A DNA stretch of 64,000 bases from Mobula birostris (GCF_030028105.1 NC_092387.1:37953590-38017589), one strand, 5' to 3'; shown: positions 25,931 through 38,859, counted from the first letter of the stretch. Notes: generated by a model from the letters alone, not told the origin. Numbers and translations are program-made.

Positions 25931-27135
25931 TAAACACGAGAAAGGCTGCAGATGCAGGAAATCCAAAGCAACACACACAAAACGCTGAAGGAACTCAGCA
26001 AGTCAAGCAGCATCTATGGGAATGAATAAACAGCTGATGTTTCAGGTCAAATTCTTCAGGACTGGAAAGGAAAGGGGAAAATGCCGGAATAAAAAAGGAA
26101 GGAGGCTAGCTAGGAGACGATAGGTGAAGCCAAGTGGGTGGGAAAGGTAAAGGGCCAAAGAAGAAGGAATCTGATTGGAGAGGAGAGTAGACCATAGGAG
26201 AAAGGGAAGGAGGAGGGGACCTAAGGGGAAATGACAGGCAGGTGAGAAGAGGTTAAAGGTCAGAGTGATGAATAGAAGAGGGCAAGGGAAAAATGTTTTA
26301 CTGGAAGGAGAAATGGATATTTGTGCCATCAGATTGGAGGCTAACCAGATGGAATATGAGGTGTTTCTCCTCCATCCTGTGAGTGGCCTCATTGTGGCAA
26401 AAGAGGAAGCCAAGGACTGACATGTCGGAAAGGGAATGGGGATAGGAATTAAAATGGTTGGCCACTGGGAAATTCTGCTTCTGGCAAATGGAGCAGTGTG
26501 TTCGACAAAGTGGTCCTCCAATTTACAGTGGGACTCATCAGTGTAGTGCAGGCCATATCAAGAGCACCAGATACAAAACATGACCCCAACACATTCACAG
26601 GTGAAGTGTTGCCTCACCTAGAGGGACTGTTTGGGGCCCTGAATAGAGGTGAGGGAGGAGGTGAATGGGCAGGTGTGGTACTTTGGCTGCTTGCAGGGAT
26701 AAGTGCTGGGAGAAAGATTAGAAAGGAGGGCCGAATGGACAAGGGAATCATGGAGGAAGCGATCGCTGTGGAGAGTGGGCAGATGCTAAAGATGTGTTTG
26801 GTGGTAGGAACCCGCTGAAGATGGTGGTAGTTTCAGAGAATGATATGCTGGATGCTGAGGCTCATGAAGTGGTAGGTGAAGACAAGAGGAACACTATCAC
26901 GGTCAAGGCAGCGGGAAGATGGGGTGACTGTGGAAGTCTGGGAAATGGAGGCGATGTAGGTGAGGGCAGCATCAATGGTGGGGGAAGGAAAACCCCATTC
27001 TTTGAAGAATCTCTGATGTCCTGGGAAGAAAAGCCTCATCCTAGGAACTGATGTGGCAGAGATGAAGGAACTGAGAAAAGGGAATAGCGTTTTTACAGGA
27101 GAAAGGATGTGAAGAGGTATAATCAAGATACCCAT
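25931..27135 (-). mobile_element. Penelope-like element: RT C-terminal part, GIY-YIG endonuclease remnant and terminal repeat
   Basis: FFKEWGFP...VPLVFTYH and VRQHFTCECVGVMFCIWCS*YGLHYTDES...FVEH (degenerate GVIY/YIGET). Confidence 0.85.
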
Positions 27136-27630
27136 GGGAGATTAATTAGAGGTGATTGGTTTAATTAGTTCAGCATAACTTTGTGGGATGGAGGGCCTGG
27201 CCTGTGCAGTACTGATCAATGTTCTTTGCCAAGAGGATGTACATGTTTTATGTGTTCAAGGTTTTCAGCTGATACTTGACAGATAACCTGTAACATTGCT
27301 CTGTTTATGATTTCTCTCTCCATATACATGTTCCCATCTCCTGATTCAAATTACATTAACATTCCAATCTATTGTTTTTGTTTTGAAATGTGTCCACCCT
27401 CAAAACAATAACTTATCAGAGTTCTTACGCTTACTGGTTAACCTATGATTTTCCAGCATTCTCTTGTTTCTCAATTAATTCACTTCAAACCCATAAAATT
27501 ATAATAGAAGTGGCAAAATGATAATCCTATTCGACTGTTGTGATTGACCATACCAGATTAATGAAAATATTGGTTACACAAGTTAATAATATCTATTTTG
27601 TAATATCAAGGATGTGTCTGAGTTCATTAC

Positions 27631-27864
27631 CTGTCGATGGTCAATCAGTAAAATGGATCCTTTTATTATACTTGTAGGCTCTTCAGTGACTGACCAGAGC
27701 TTATCCATTAGATCACTGTATCCTTGGAAAAATACAATGGGAGGGAACTGGACATCAAAGAGAATCACTGACATACCAGCCATGACTTCATCATCATCAT
27801 CATCATCAGCCTGAGCTGAGCTTTCCTTGAAGAATGAGTCCAGACCCTTTGCTTCAATTGATAC
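27631..27864 (-). CDS. mttp-like: MTTP-family exon 15 equivalent (234 bp): VSIEAKGLDSFFKESSAQADDDDDDEVMAGMSVILFDVQFPPIVFFQGYSDLMDKLWSVTEEPTSIIKGSILLIDHRQ
   Basis: AGMS.ILFDVQ..P..FF.GYSDLM.K and LLIDH.Q hallmarks. Canonical splice sites. Confidence 0.95.
27790..27807 (-). repeat. (GAT)6 coding microsatellite encoding a poly-Asp run
   Basis: atc x6 on the plus strand inside exon 15. Confidence 0.95.
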
Positions 27865-28194
27865 CTATTTCAAATGTGAAGATGTAGATGCAATAAATAA
27901 GCATGTCAATATGATAATGTTAATAGGCGTGTGAGGGCAAATCAAAATTGAAGCCTCCCAAAGCAGACTGCTAATCCCATATATTACTGAACTGAAATTA
28001 TGAGGGGGAGCTCCGTACGAATTTATTCTATCCCCTTCCAGAAGCACTGGGGTTAATTTTAGCATCACACATCCTGCCTGATAGTTCTTTAGCTCAAAAG
28101 TGGGTGACCTCAGTGGGGGAATAATAATGCTGTCTTCATGAGGAACGTCAGACAGTTATTTCTACTAGTGCTTTTTCTGCAAAGATAGACTGAG

Positions 28195-28500
28195 CACAAG
28201 AACGTAAGAAATAGGAGCAGAAGTAGGCCATCCAGCCCATCGAGCCTGCCCCACCATTCAATAAGACCATGGTTGATCTGTCTGTAAACTCAGCTCCATC
28301 TACCTGCCTTTTCCCCATAACCCTTAATTCCCTTACTACGTATAAACCTATCTAACTGTATCTTAAGTATATTTAGTGAAGAAGCCTCAACTGCTTCCCT
28401 GAGCAGAGAATTCCACTCTCTGGGAAAAGCAGTTTCTCCTCATCTCCATCCTAAATCTTCTCCCCTGAATCTTGAGGCAATGTCCCCTAGTTCTAGTTCT
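28195..28500 (-). mobile_element. CR1 3' end
   Basis: RTRGHCLKIQGRRFRMEMRRNCFSQRV followed by a CR1 tail. Confidence 0.85.
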
Positions 28501-29092
28501 AGACTGGTAATGCAGTAAATACATGCTAATTTTTGTTCGCTCACTAACTAACAGACCAGAAGTGTGGCAGGTACTTCCGATCGCTAGAAAATAAACTGGA
28601 TTACCTGCTTCTGTGTTTGAACCATCGGGAGGTAAGGGACAACTGCACAATCGTCCTGACAGAAATGTATCTCCAGGATCCAACACCCAGACTCAGCTAT
28701 CCATCAAGAAGGCTTAATCTCCTTCCAGGCAGACAGAAATGTGGTGATCTCCAGTAAGACCCATGGAGGAGGTCTGCATGTCTATGCCAATAAGAACTGT
28801 TGTGTGAGTGCCTTGCTAGTAACGGCCCACTGTTCACCGCAGATTGAGGATTTAACCTATCGATAGAGTTCACTGTCATTGTGACTGATGGTGTTTACAA
28901 CCACCCCGTGCACCAGTGTTGGGGAAGTGCTGCAGGAGTTCTACAACACAATCTGCAACCTCAAAGCCACTCACCCCAATGGTTTCTTCATTGTTGCTGG
29001 TGACTTCAATCATGCCAACTTAAAAACAGTCCTACCAAAGTTCTACTAGCATGTCAACTTCACAACCAGAGGAGAGAATATCTTAGACCATG

Positions 29093-29412
29093 CCTGTTGA
29101 AGTGGTCTGCCAGTGCTTTTCTGGACAGTCTCTTTGTAGAGCACTCAGTGCATTGGGCATCGCTGTTACAAGGAGGCAGAGAGCCATCAGTCACATTACT
29201 GAGACAGCAGAGAAAGCCTCAATGTGAAGAAAGAAAGTCCATGGGGATCTGCAGCATAAGTTACCTGAACTCAAGTTGTAGCTTGATCAACCACAACTGG
29301 GTCGCCTGGGTGAGGGGGTCTGATGTTGAAAGACTCGAAACACCTGATGACCCCAGGTTACATCACTGATGTTGTGTTCAGAGCATCGTGAGGGGTATTC
29401 TTCAAAAAAAAA
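29093..29412 (+). mobile_element. Second, different HERO-clade 3' fragment with poly(A), nested in Rex1
   Basis: Translates as PVEVVCQCFSGQSLCRALSALGI...RAISHITETAEKAS, a decayed PVEVGCRGF...AEKAS. Followed by a 3' UTR and A9. Confidence 0.75.
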
Positions 29413-30619
29413 GACTTGCTCAAAACCAATGTTTGTGGAGCCTGCAAGGCTGCCCCCTGCCCTTATCTCAGATACTCAAACCCGCAGACCACATATCCAC
29501 TTTGCTAATCCCTTCATACAGACCACTGGCTATAAAGTCAAATCAGTTTACAGGGAGATCAGGACCTGGCCAGAAAGTGCCACCTAGGCACAACAAGACA
29601 GTTTTGAAACTACTGGTGGCTATCTATGATCATCATGTCAACACTGATGAATGTGTGAGATCAGTGACTGGCTACATAGGAAAGTGCATTGAGGATGTTA
29701 CTGTGATTAAACACCACATGGCAAGGGCAAACCAGAAATGATGGCTGACTGCAGAGGTTCATGCAATGCTTGGGGATCATAACGCTGCCTTCAAACTGAG
29801 GGATAGGATGACTTTAAGGTCAGTGTGAGCCCTGCTCTCCCGTGCCATCAGGAAGGCAAAACAAGAGTACTCACAGAAAACTCACAGACACCTTTGTGAC
29901 AGCAGGGACATGTGGCGCATGTGGCAAGGTATACAAACTATAACAGATTACAAGTCCATCCTGCGCACCAACAACAATAATTCCTCCCCCCGATAGGCTG
30001 AATGCCTTCAATGCACAATTTGATGCAATGAAAGATCTGATGTAGAGGAAAGCCCCTTCTCCCCCTGGGGAACAGGCACCCTGTCTGGCCGCAGCTGAGG
30101 TGAGGAGGTCTTTAGCCAGGGTAAACCCATGCAAAGCGGCAGGGCCAGATAACATACATGGTCAGGTGCCGAAGGATTGTGCAGGCCAGCTAACGGAAGT
30201 CTTAATGCACATCTTTACTATCTCTTTGCAACAGTCCACTCTCTCTGCAGACTTCAAGGCAGCCACGTCATTCCGGTGCCAAGGGAGTGATGGTAGCTGG
30301 CCTAAATAATTCCCACCCAGTGGCACTGACTTCAATAATAATGAAGTGCTTTGAGCGGCTGGTAATGGATAATATAAAATCCTACCTTCCAACTACTTTG
30401 GATCCTTTATGATTTGCCTACCACTCAAACCAGTCCATTCATGATGCCATAGCCTTGGCCCTCCACTCCGTCCTGTCCCACCTAGAAAATGATGCCTCAT
30501 ATGCCAGGATGCTGTTCATCAACTTCAGCTTGGCATTTAACACCATCATCTCCCAGAGGCTGGTTGGCAAACTGTTCTCATTGGGATTCAACAGCCCCGT
30601 CTGTAACTGGATCTTGGGA

Positions 30620-30930
30620 TTTTTTAAAATTTATTCATTTACGGGATGTGGGCGTTGCCAGCTAAGCCAGTATTTATTGCCCATCCCTAGTTGCCCTTGA
30701 GAAGGTGACAATGAGCTACCTTCTTGAACCGCTGCCGTCCCTGAGGTGTAGATACACCCACAGTGCTGTTAGGGAGGGAATTCCATGATTTTGGCCCAGT
30801 GACAATGAAGGAATGGCAATATGTCTCCAAATCAGGACGGTGAGTGACTTGGAGGGGGATTTCCAAGTGGTGGTATTCCCAGGTATCTGCTGTTCTCATT
30901 CTTCTTGATGGCAGTGGTCGCGGGTCTAGA
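30620..30930 (-). mobile_element. 5'-truncated 3' tail of the 4621-7740 LINE family, nested in Rex1
   Basis: Near-identical to 4621-4930. Confidence 0.9.
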
Positions 30931-32179
30931 TGGGAAGACCCCAGTCAGTCTGAGTTGGCAGCAACATCTCACGTTCCATCACACTGAGCTCTAGTGCCCT
31001 TAAGGCTGTGTGCTCCTGCTACTGACTCACGACTGCACTGCCAGATCCAGCTCAAACCACATCATCAAGTTAACTGATAGTACAACAGTGGTTGGCCTTA
31101 TCAGCAACAATGATGAGTCTGCCTACAGAGAAAAGATAGAGAGGCTTGTCAAATGGTGTGAGAACAACACACTGAGTCTCAATGCAGACAAGACAAAAAG
31201 ATGATTGTGGACTTCAGGAAGATGCAGGTCAACTACTCTCCCTTGCATAGCAATTGCTCTGCTGCAGAGAGAGAGAGTGAAGATCACAAAGTTCCTCGGT
31301 GTGCATATAATACAGTCTAAGCTGGACCCACAACACCTCCTCATTTGTCAAGAAGACACAGCAGCATCTACGCATTCTGAGGAGACTGGGAGATGCAAGG
31401 CTTCCTGCTCCCATTCTAACAACTATCCCCCGTGTCCGGTCTGGCTGCAGCATTGTGTGGTGCGGAATCTGCAGGCATCGGATCGCAAGACCCTACAGAT
31501 GATAGTAAAAACCAATGAGAGTAACATTGGGGTCTTCCTCCCCACTATTTGTGACATTTACTGGGACCGTTGTAGATGAAGGGCCCAAAATAATGTTGAG
31601 GATCCCTACCTTTGACCCACTACCGTCAGGAGGGAGCTACAGGAGCATCAGGACTGGGTAACAGCTCCTTCCCTCAGGCTGTGAGAGTAAAAAATATTCT
31701 GCTACCACTGAGGTCTCGTCACCAGGACAGCGAGCTATTTACCGTTTACTGTACTGTTTACTGTTTACCTATGCTGCACACCATATGCATCTTGAATTAT
31801 ATTTTGTTGACTTCTTTATGGTAATATTCGTTTTATGTGCTGTGTGTAGTATATGTTTTGCGGGTGCACCGTGGTCCAAGGGAACATTGTTTCATTGGGT
31901 TGTATATATGTACCGTCAGGTGACAATAAACTTGAAATTGAGGACTCACTCAGCTTGGTCACAAATGGTGATACTGAGCCACACTGAAAATCCCAACAGA
32001 GTTCATTGTTCCACTTGTTACTTACAGTGCTTTTTCAAACTGTCCTTCAACATTCATTGGTGGGTGGTATTCTGGAGGTTTCCTTACACTTGTTTGACCT
32101 GAGGACTAAAAGACTTTGTGATATCTGGACTTAATGTGCTACCACCTCTGGTGTGTCTCTCTTGCTAGTGGGACAGGGC

Positions 32180-32530
32180 CTAACCAGGGACTAAGATGGA
32201 AGATTCTGGCTTTATAAAGCATTGGCGAGACCTCACTTGGAGTATTATGAGCATTTTTGAGCCTCTTATCTTAGAAAGAATGTGCTGAAAGCGGAGAGGG
32301 TTCGAAGGAGGTTCACAAAAATGATTCCAGGACTGAATGGTTCGTATATGAAGAGCATTTGATAGCTCTGGGGCTATATTCACTAGAATTCAGAAGAATG
32401 AGGGGTGATCTCGTTGAAACCTATCAAATGTTGACAGCCTTGATAGAGTGGATGTGGAGAGGAGGTTTCCTCTGGTGGGAGGGAGTAAGAGCAGAGGACA
32501 CAGCTTCAGAATAGAGTGGTGTCCTTTTAG
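32180..32530 (+). mobile_element. CR1 ORF2 3' fragment
   Basis: Matches 2720-3050. Confidence 0.85.
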
Positions 32531-32639
32531 AATGGAGGTGAGGAAGAATGAGTAGACCAGTGTTTCCATTTGGGGAATGCAAGGGCCCAACAGCACTACA
32601 GGCAGAGGCTGACACTACTTTGTAATAATAAAGAACCAA

Positions 32640-33495
32640 CTGGAAGAAGATGGCACCAGCGAACAACTCGACCAAGGGCAACATCCTCCAGACGGTTCGC
32701 GAAATTAATTACTTTACGCCTTCGTTTTCTTTCATATGTAGTTCTGCTACTGTTGGAGCCTATGATCTACATTTTGGTGGTGTGTTTTCAGGTTGATTGA
32801 GCAATCTAGCGCTTTGCTGTCTCTGAGAGGACTCGGAGAGGCTTCAAGAGAAGCGTGCAGCCTCGAGGTCAAGAAGCCTGTGAGCCCATGATTGACTCCA
32901 TTTCTCACCAATCTCGCCAATTAAAGCATCAAGGAAAACTGAAATCATTGAGGCGAGAACAGAAGGCGAGGTGTTCAGCACCATCGGCCAGCCTCTTCTG
33001 TTTGCTGCTGGAGAAAGATGTCTGCATGTGACAGTCTGTCTCTCCCTCTTGCCTGCTGATCCTGGAAGCACCTCCCTGCATTCAAATGGTCTCTCTCTCT
33101 CTCTCTCCCTCAAAGCTGTCGGAAGAGAGCACTGGAGTCCTAGATCTTGGGCAAAGATTAATCGAGGCAATTTGTGGATTGGACTCTGGAGCTCCAGTTA
33201 TGATGTGTTTCTGGTTCTGGCTGCTCTTTTTGTTGCTATTTTGAGTGATATTGATCGGGGCTGTTTGCAGATAACAAACTGAGCTGAACTGAATATGCCT
33301 GAACTCTTTTCGATGTTGTGATTTTTGCTCTTTTTTCCGTTGCCATTTGCACGGTGTTTTTTTTTTACGTGTGGGGGATTTGATGTTTTTCTTTAAATGG
33401 GTTCCATGGTTTTCTTTGTTATGTGGCTATCTATGGGAAAGACTAATCTCAGGGTTGTAACTGCATACAAACTTTGACAATAAATGTACTTCGAT
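32640..33495 (+). mobile_element. Non-coding element ending in a Rex1-type 3' tail (non-autonomous)
   Basis: Ends aatctcagggttgta...tttgacaataaatgtactt, like the reverse complement of the Rex1 tail at 45910-45980. No RT coding remnant. Confidence 0.5.
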
Positions 33496-33573
33496 GTCAA
33501 AATTTCTCTAGAGTCCAAGTCAACCTCTAAGAACAATGTGATGTAACTCTTCAGCAGATTATTGCCTCTCTTC

Positions 33574-33653
33574 CAGGGGTTCCTGAACTGGGATCCACAG
33601 ATCCCTTGCTTAATGCTATTGGTCCAGAGTTTTAAAAAGGTTGGGAACCTCTG
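33574..33653. mobile_element. 80-bp hAT-type MITE, second copy (inverted relative to 40669)
   Basis: caggggttcc...ggaacctctg TIRs. The internal sequence is the reverse complement of 40669-40748. Confidence 0.8.
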
Positions 33654-34263
33654 CTGTATTGAAAGACAGATGAGTTAGATATGGCCCTTGTGACTAAAGG
33701 GGATCAGAGGGTATGGAGAGAAGGCAGGTACAGGGTTCTGAGTTGGATGATCAGCCATGATCATACTGAATGGCGGTGCAGGCTCAAAGGGCCGAATGCC
33801 TACTCCTGCACCTATTTTCTATGTTTCTATGTTTCTATTCTTGAGCAAATTATTCTTTTTTTGGATTGGGGACATGCCATCAGAGAACAGTTTAGTCCAT
33901 CAGGAAGACCGCATTGCTACCTGTGGGCAGATAGCTGTTCACTAGAAACAGAGATAAACCTTTCATAATTGCATCTAGTCTCTTCACCAATGGTCCTCAA
34001 CAATGCAGAAATCAACCCCTGGGAGCAGAGTATTGTTCAAAAGAAATAAAATAACTTGGAGAAACCTAAAGAAAGGGGGGAGTAGGAAGCTGCGCTCTGA
34101 GATATGTCAACATATTGTGATGGATCTAGATGAGTCTTATTCCTGCACTGACCAATGGGAACACAAACACAAGAAAATCTGCAAATGCAACACACCCAAA
34201 ATGCTGGAGGAACTCAGCAGGCCAGGCTGAATCTGCTGATGTTTTGGGCCAAGTCCCTTCATC

Positions 34264-34575
34264 TCTGATGAGAGTCCTTGACAAGGATCGTTTGGACCCA
34301 GATGCTGGGGTATCTGAAGCAAGGTTCCAGAAACGGTATCGAACTGGATCTGAACACAAAACAAATGCTAGACAATATCACTAGTAGGCTTAAGGTTGAG
34401 CACCGAACCACAGTTCAGATGTTCCTTAAGCACGCGATTCTTGGTGCTCGAAACATGATTATCAATAAGTGGGAACGTTCTGAACACTTCAAGGGGCTGT
34501 GTCAGCTACCTGTACTCCAGTGAGTTTGAGCGTCTAAATCCTGGACGCTGGCGCGGTTGGAGCTGTCTTGTAACA
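34264..34575. mobile_element. Candidate solo LTR inserted in a Penelope terminal-repeat fragment (about 34160-34650)
   Basis: Ends ...TCTTGTAACA and starts TCTGATGAGA (possibly a decayed TGT). Flanked by a tcatc/ccatc 5-bp near-duplication that splits the PLE motif ttcatc|agga. Confidence 0.45.
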
Positions 34576-35431
34576 CCATCAGGAAACCTTTTCCCTTCCT
34601 TTCCAGTCCTGATGAATGGACTCGGCCCAAAACATCGACTGTTTACTCTGAATATTGTAAGTTGTTAATAGAGTTTCCTTCAGGCTCTGAAGCTGACTGC
34701 TGGATTAATTGCTGTTCTAAAGAAGTATGCGGCAGCACAGAAATCTGTCCACACCTGGGAGCTCGAATTTATATTGGGATGCTGAAAAATGGCTCCCTGG
34801 AAATGTTTGCAATTGCTAGCCACTAAAATTCTATCTTCAATGCATTGAGCAAGAAAGTCAGTAAGATTAGATCTAATTACTAGGCATATATTAGTAATAG
34901 ATTCCTAGACATACTTTACATTAAGCTGTCTATAGTGCTGAAGTAAATATACACATATATTCAATAGAATAAATGCTACAAGAAATCTTCTCTTCTTTTG
35001 TATCTCTTACCACACTGACAGAGACGTAGTTTATTGGATTAAGATTTAATTCCCTTTTCTTTAAGCAGGCAGAGCTACCATTATTTCCCTTTGCTTTAAA
35101 CAGATCAATCTGCCACTTATAGTTTGAAGCCTGCCTGCAGACTCTTTCTTCCCGAGTTGGAGGTGGAACGTTTAGGACAATTGTAACTGATGTCACATAT
35201 GTGCACATAGCTGCAATATTATTCAATATCTAGAGTTTATAAACTTGTTTAGATCTGAAATTGAATTTAATATTTGTTCCTGAAAAGAAAAGCATTTTCT
35301 TCTTGTTACGGGAGTGATTCAAATCTTTATAATTTTTATAAACTGAATGTTAGTTATTAGATTGCATATTTAATAAGTAGCTAGTCTCAGATGAATATGA
35401 AGCCAAGAGATGCACGATTATATTAACATAC

Positions 35432-35553
35432 CTGTGTTGCATGAAGCTGACTTCCCTGAGTAAATATGAAGAAATCTGTAAGACTATTTTGTAATATTCC
35501 AGTGTCTCCGAGGAGTAAGTCCATATTGTAAGAGGATATTGTATCTGTAGTAA
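35432..35553 (-). CDS. mttp-like: MTTP-family exon 14 equivalent (122 bp): VTTDTISSYNMDLLLGDTGILQNSLTDFFIFTQGSQLHATQ
   Basis: Read manually. Follows a short 124-bp intron after exon 13. AG and GTATG boundaries; GIL and LH..Q motifs. Confidence 0.9.
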
Positions 35554-35677
35554 CTGATAACGAAAGAAATTAAATTGGAACTTTTTCTAAAATTTAAATT
35601 AAAATGGTATAATATTCATATATATTTTAATGGTCTAAAATGCATAATGTAAGGTAATGTAATCCAGCTTCTTTTAC

Positions 35678-35775
35678 CTGCTAAATATCCTGAAGCGGAA
35701 GATGAACTCCCAGTTCTGGACAAACAATTGTAATTATTTATCATTGGATCTTTCAGGAATTCACGGATTACTTGT
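35678..35775 (-). CDS. mttp-like: MTTP-family exon 13 equivalent (98 bp): QVIREFLKDPMINNYNCLSRTGSSSASGYLA
   Basis: Read manually on the minus strand. NY..SR.GSSSA.GY motif, AG and GTAAAA boundaries, phases 2 to 1 fit both neighbours. Confidence 0.92.
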
Positions 35776-36665
35776 CTACAAAAATTAGGAACAAGGAATA
35801 TTTTGTAAGGAGAAAATTATGTTTTGCAGTTTGTCATCTGTATCAGAAATACAAACATAAATATATGCAAGCAACTGAGCACAAAATACCTATATTTTAT
35901 CTAAGGCATAAATAAAATCCCTCGGTGACTTAGAGTTCTACATTAGTGCCTTTCCAAGCAAAGTTCCCAGACACAATAATATAGAAAAATCTTTGGCATG
36001 AGGATTTCATTCTCACACCATGATGTTACACTATTAACAGGAATGAAAACCTAATGCGCCATGGAGAGAGACAACAACAAAAACAAGGAAAACATGCAGC
36101 AGAAGCTACAAACTCTGCTTTATCCACTTCAAGTCTTGAGAGTATCTCAGACTACAGTACAAAAATGCCAGAATATAGTCTCTGCTTTGAGTCATGTGTG
36201 CAGAAACTACGATTATTTTTACTTCCACCACACCACTGCACAAAATTACAATTCAGTGTCTGTATCCACGGTTAAAACAAACTAAGGGAGGGTGGGGGAA
36301 GGTCGCATGTGTGGTAGAGTAATTTGCAGGGATATCGGAAACATGCAGAGGAATGGGACTAATGGGTTGTTTAACTAGGAGCCAGCACAGACTTGACAGG
36401 CCGAACAGGCAGAGGAACTTATCAATATTGAAATAAATTTCTGTGAAGCAGGGTAATTATCCAAAACAAATGATATGTAAAAAAATAGTTTTATAAGTAG
36501 TATGAGAGTTGAAGGCATAGATGCATTTAAGGTAAAAGTTGATAAATTATGAAATAGTGCGAAATCCATGCTCATCGTAAAATCTAACATAAACCAGTTG
36601 AACTAAATGGGTTCCTACGGCTTTGCAAGATTTTTATGATGCTAGGTACTGCAGTTCATGGTCAC

Positions 36666-36880
36666 CTTGCTGGGTGGTGGTCTGAATGCATGATATTCTG
36701 CAGCTTTGCCACTGTAAACTTAGAGAGTTCCAATTCCATTTCTCCCAAAGACAGCACAATATTTTTCAATTCCATGGATGAAAGTTGGTTATTGAGGATC
36801 ACATCCAGTGCAGCCATTCGCACAGCAGCCCCATATTGTTCCCTGCTTTGGTGAAAAATTCTATTCATCTGCTTCTTCAC
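36666..36880 (-). CDS. mttp-like: MTTP-family exon 12 equivalent (215 bp): VKKQMNRIFHQSREQYGAAVRMAALDVILNN...DHHPA
   Basis: ORF 36662..36880 with AG and GT ends. Residues equivalent to R540 and E570 are retained. One codon longer than the recalled human exon. Confidence 0.94.
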
Positions 36881-38646
36881 CTAAATGTGAAAAAATATAT
36901 CAATTTTTAAATAGAGACAGGTAATCATAATGCATTGTTACCAACTTATATACTTCCCACTGCTCATTAAATCTCTCTCTCTCTCTCTCTCTTTCTTTGT
37001 GCCTCCTTAAAATGATGCATGAAATCAGAATGAGATGTTCTATCTCTTAGGGCTTGCTCCACTATTGATTTAAAATAAAGGCTTAAAAGGACTGTGTTAA
37101 GCACTGCTGATTCAACTGCTATGAGATTTGAAATTCGAATACCAATAATCAACTTGAGGTCCATATAATCAGGATCGATTTTAATTTCACGGGTATAATT
37201 TCATTCTTCAAAATGGGAATACTCATCAGAAATTTCATTGCACATGCAGTAAATATGTCAGCCTGTTGATATAAATAGTCATAAGGTTGTGCTCCTCAAG
37301 TGCAAGAAAAAATACTCCCTGCAGCAGGGCTCATCCCTATCGATCAGTGAAGATCTCCAAGCAGAGAAAATTATATTGATACTTCCCTTCAAAAGGTTAA
37401 TAGGGTCTGCATGGGCATAAGTTTGGGATACAGCCAAGGCCTAACCCAACCATGGCTGTTCTAGTTCTCACTTGGGTAGCAATATTTTTCCCACCCTGAT
37501 CGAACCACTATCTCTCTGTATGTCTGGTCCTTTATACTGTCCCTTCTCTTTATGTTTTTCAACCTATATTATGTGTGTTTATATCTTTATCTCACTCTCT
37601 GCCTCTTTCTTTCTCAATCTCTGCCTGTATGGCCCAGATAGACTCAACCTGAGCTATTTACAAGGACATACAGCTGACTCAAAACAGAGTCCTTTCAGCT
37701 TCGTGTCTGGTGGTCTCTACAATTATGCACCCTGTGAAGAGGGTTGCTTCATGTAAGGATCTGGGTGGAAAGAACTGCCTGAATAACCTACTTCATGAAC
37801 ATGAGCAAGGGACTTTTAGCTGGCAGCCTCTGTAGATGCCACTGCATATGGCTAAAAGTCCTCTTAAGTCAAGTTTTTCTGTGAGTAAGAGGTTTTTCAG
37901 GCAGAGAGATTTCTGGAATTACTGTGGTAGATGATGAGGTATTCAAAGGCATGATTGAAAATAGTAGTCCTTGGTGTGCAAGTTGGTACAGCCAAGTTTC
38001 TTTACAATACTTACATCAATTATCATGATTTATATACATTACAGTCTGTTTATAATGATACAAACGGTAATGTTATGATTTATATCTTTCGACCCTATAA
38101 TTTTAATTTGGTTGAAATTTGCTCCAAAAGTCCAAATGGAAAATTTCAGTGACTATCTGAATCTCCAGGTGTGACACACTGGGGTACGTGCTTTGATGCC
38201 ATTCACAGGCTGCTCTTTAAATGCATATCTTTTTAGATGTTATTAACTACCTAACACTGATGTAGCATAGATATTAACTTGTTAGACTTGCAACCAAGAG
38301 ACCTGGAGCAAAAATCTCGAGATGCAAGTTCAACTTCTACCACAGCAGTTTTGAATCTTAGTAAGACATAACTAGTGTTAAATACGATCACAATCTGTCA
38401 GATTCTGGTTCACTCTAATGAGGGAAATCTGCATTTTTACTCTGCTAAGGTAAAATAGACAAACCATCATTGGTGGCACTGAACTTTACAGATATAATTA
38501 TTGTACTCCATACTTTTTTAAAAAGTGCAGTCTTCAGGAAAACTTATTGGAAATACTGAGGATATACAGTATGCAATACAGATTTCAACCTGTTACCATG
38601 ACATTAAACTCCACTTTGACTTTGAAACTTTGTGCAAGACCTTTAC

Positions 38647-38859
38647 CTCTTGAGTGATATAGACACTTGGGAATCTCTGTAGTGCAGTCACAGCAATAGA
38701 TGTCACAGAATTTCTTTGATTCCGGGTGTACTGTAACAATACTGGTATAGTTTCTGGAAGAAGTGCGTTCTTAAGTGCAAGAAGGTACATCTTTATATCA
38801 GCCTCTTCTTTAGCTGAATTCAGCCCATCCAAAATCACTTTCTTTGCAATTTCAACTTC
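38647..38859 (-). CDS. mttp-like: MTTP-family exon 11 equivalent (213 bp): EVEIAKKVILDGLNSAKEEADIKMYLLALKNALLPETIPVLLQY...ALQRFPSVYITQE
   Basis: Contains the MYLLALKNALLPE hallmark. ttccAG acceptor and GTAAAG donor. Confidence 0.95.

Larger units (their letters stand above)
28503..31941 (+). mobile_element. Near-complete decayed Rex1/Babar LINE (EN and RT) carrying two nested inserts
   Basis: GGGLH/C, AGDFNHANLK, KAAGPDNI, MLFINFSLAFNTI and LLTHDC motifs; gacaataaacttgaa tail. Confidence 0.88.
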
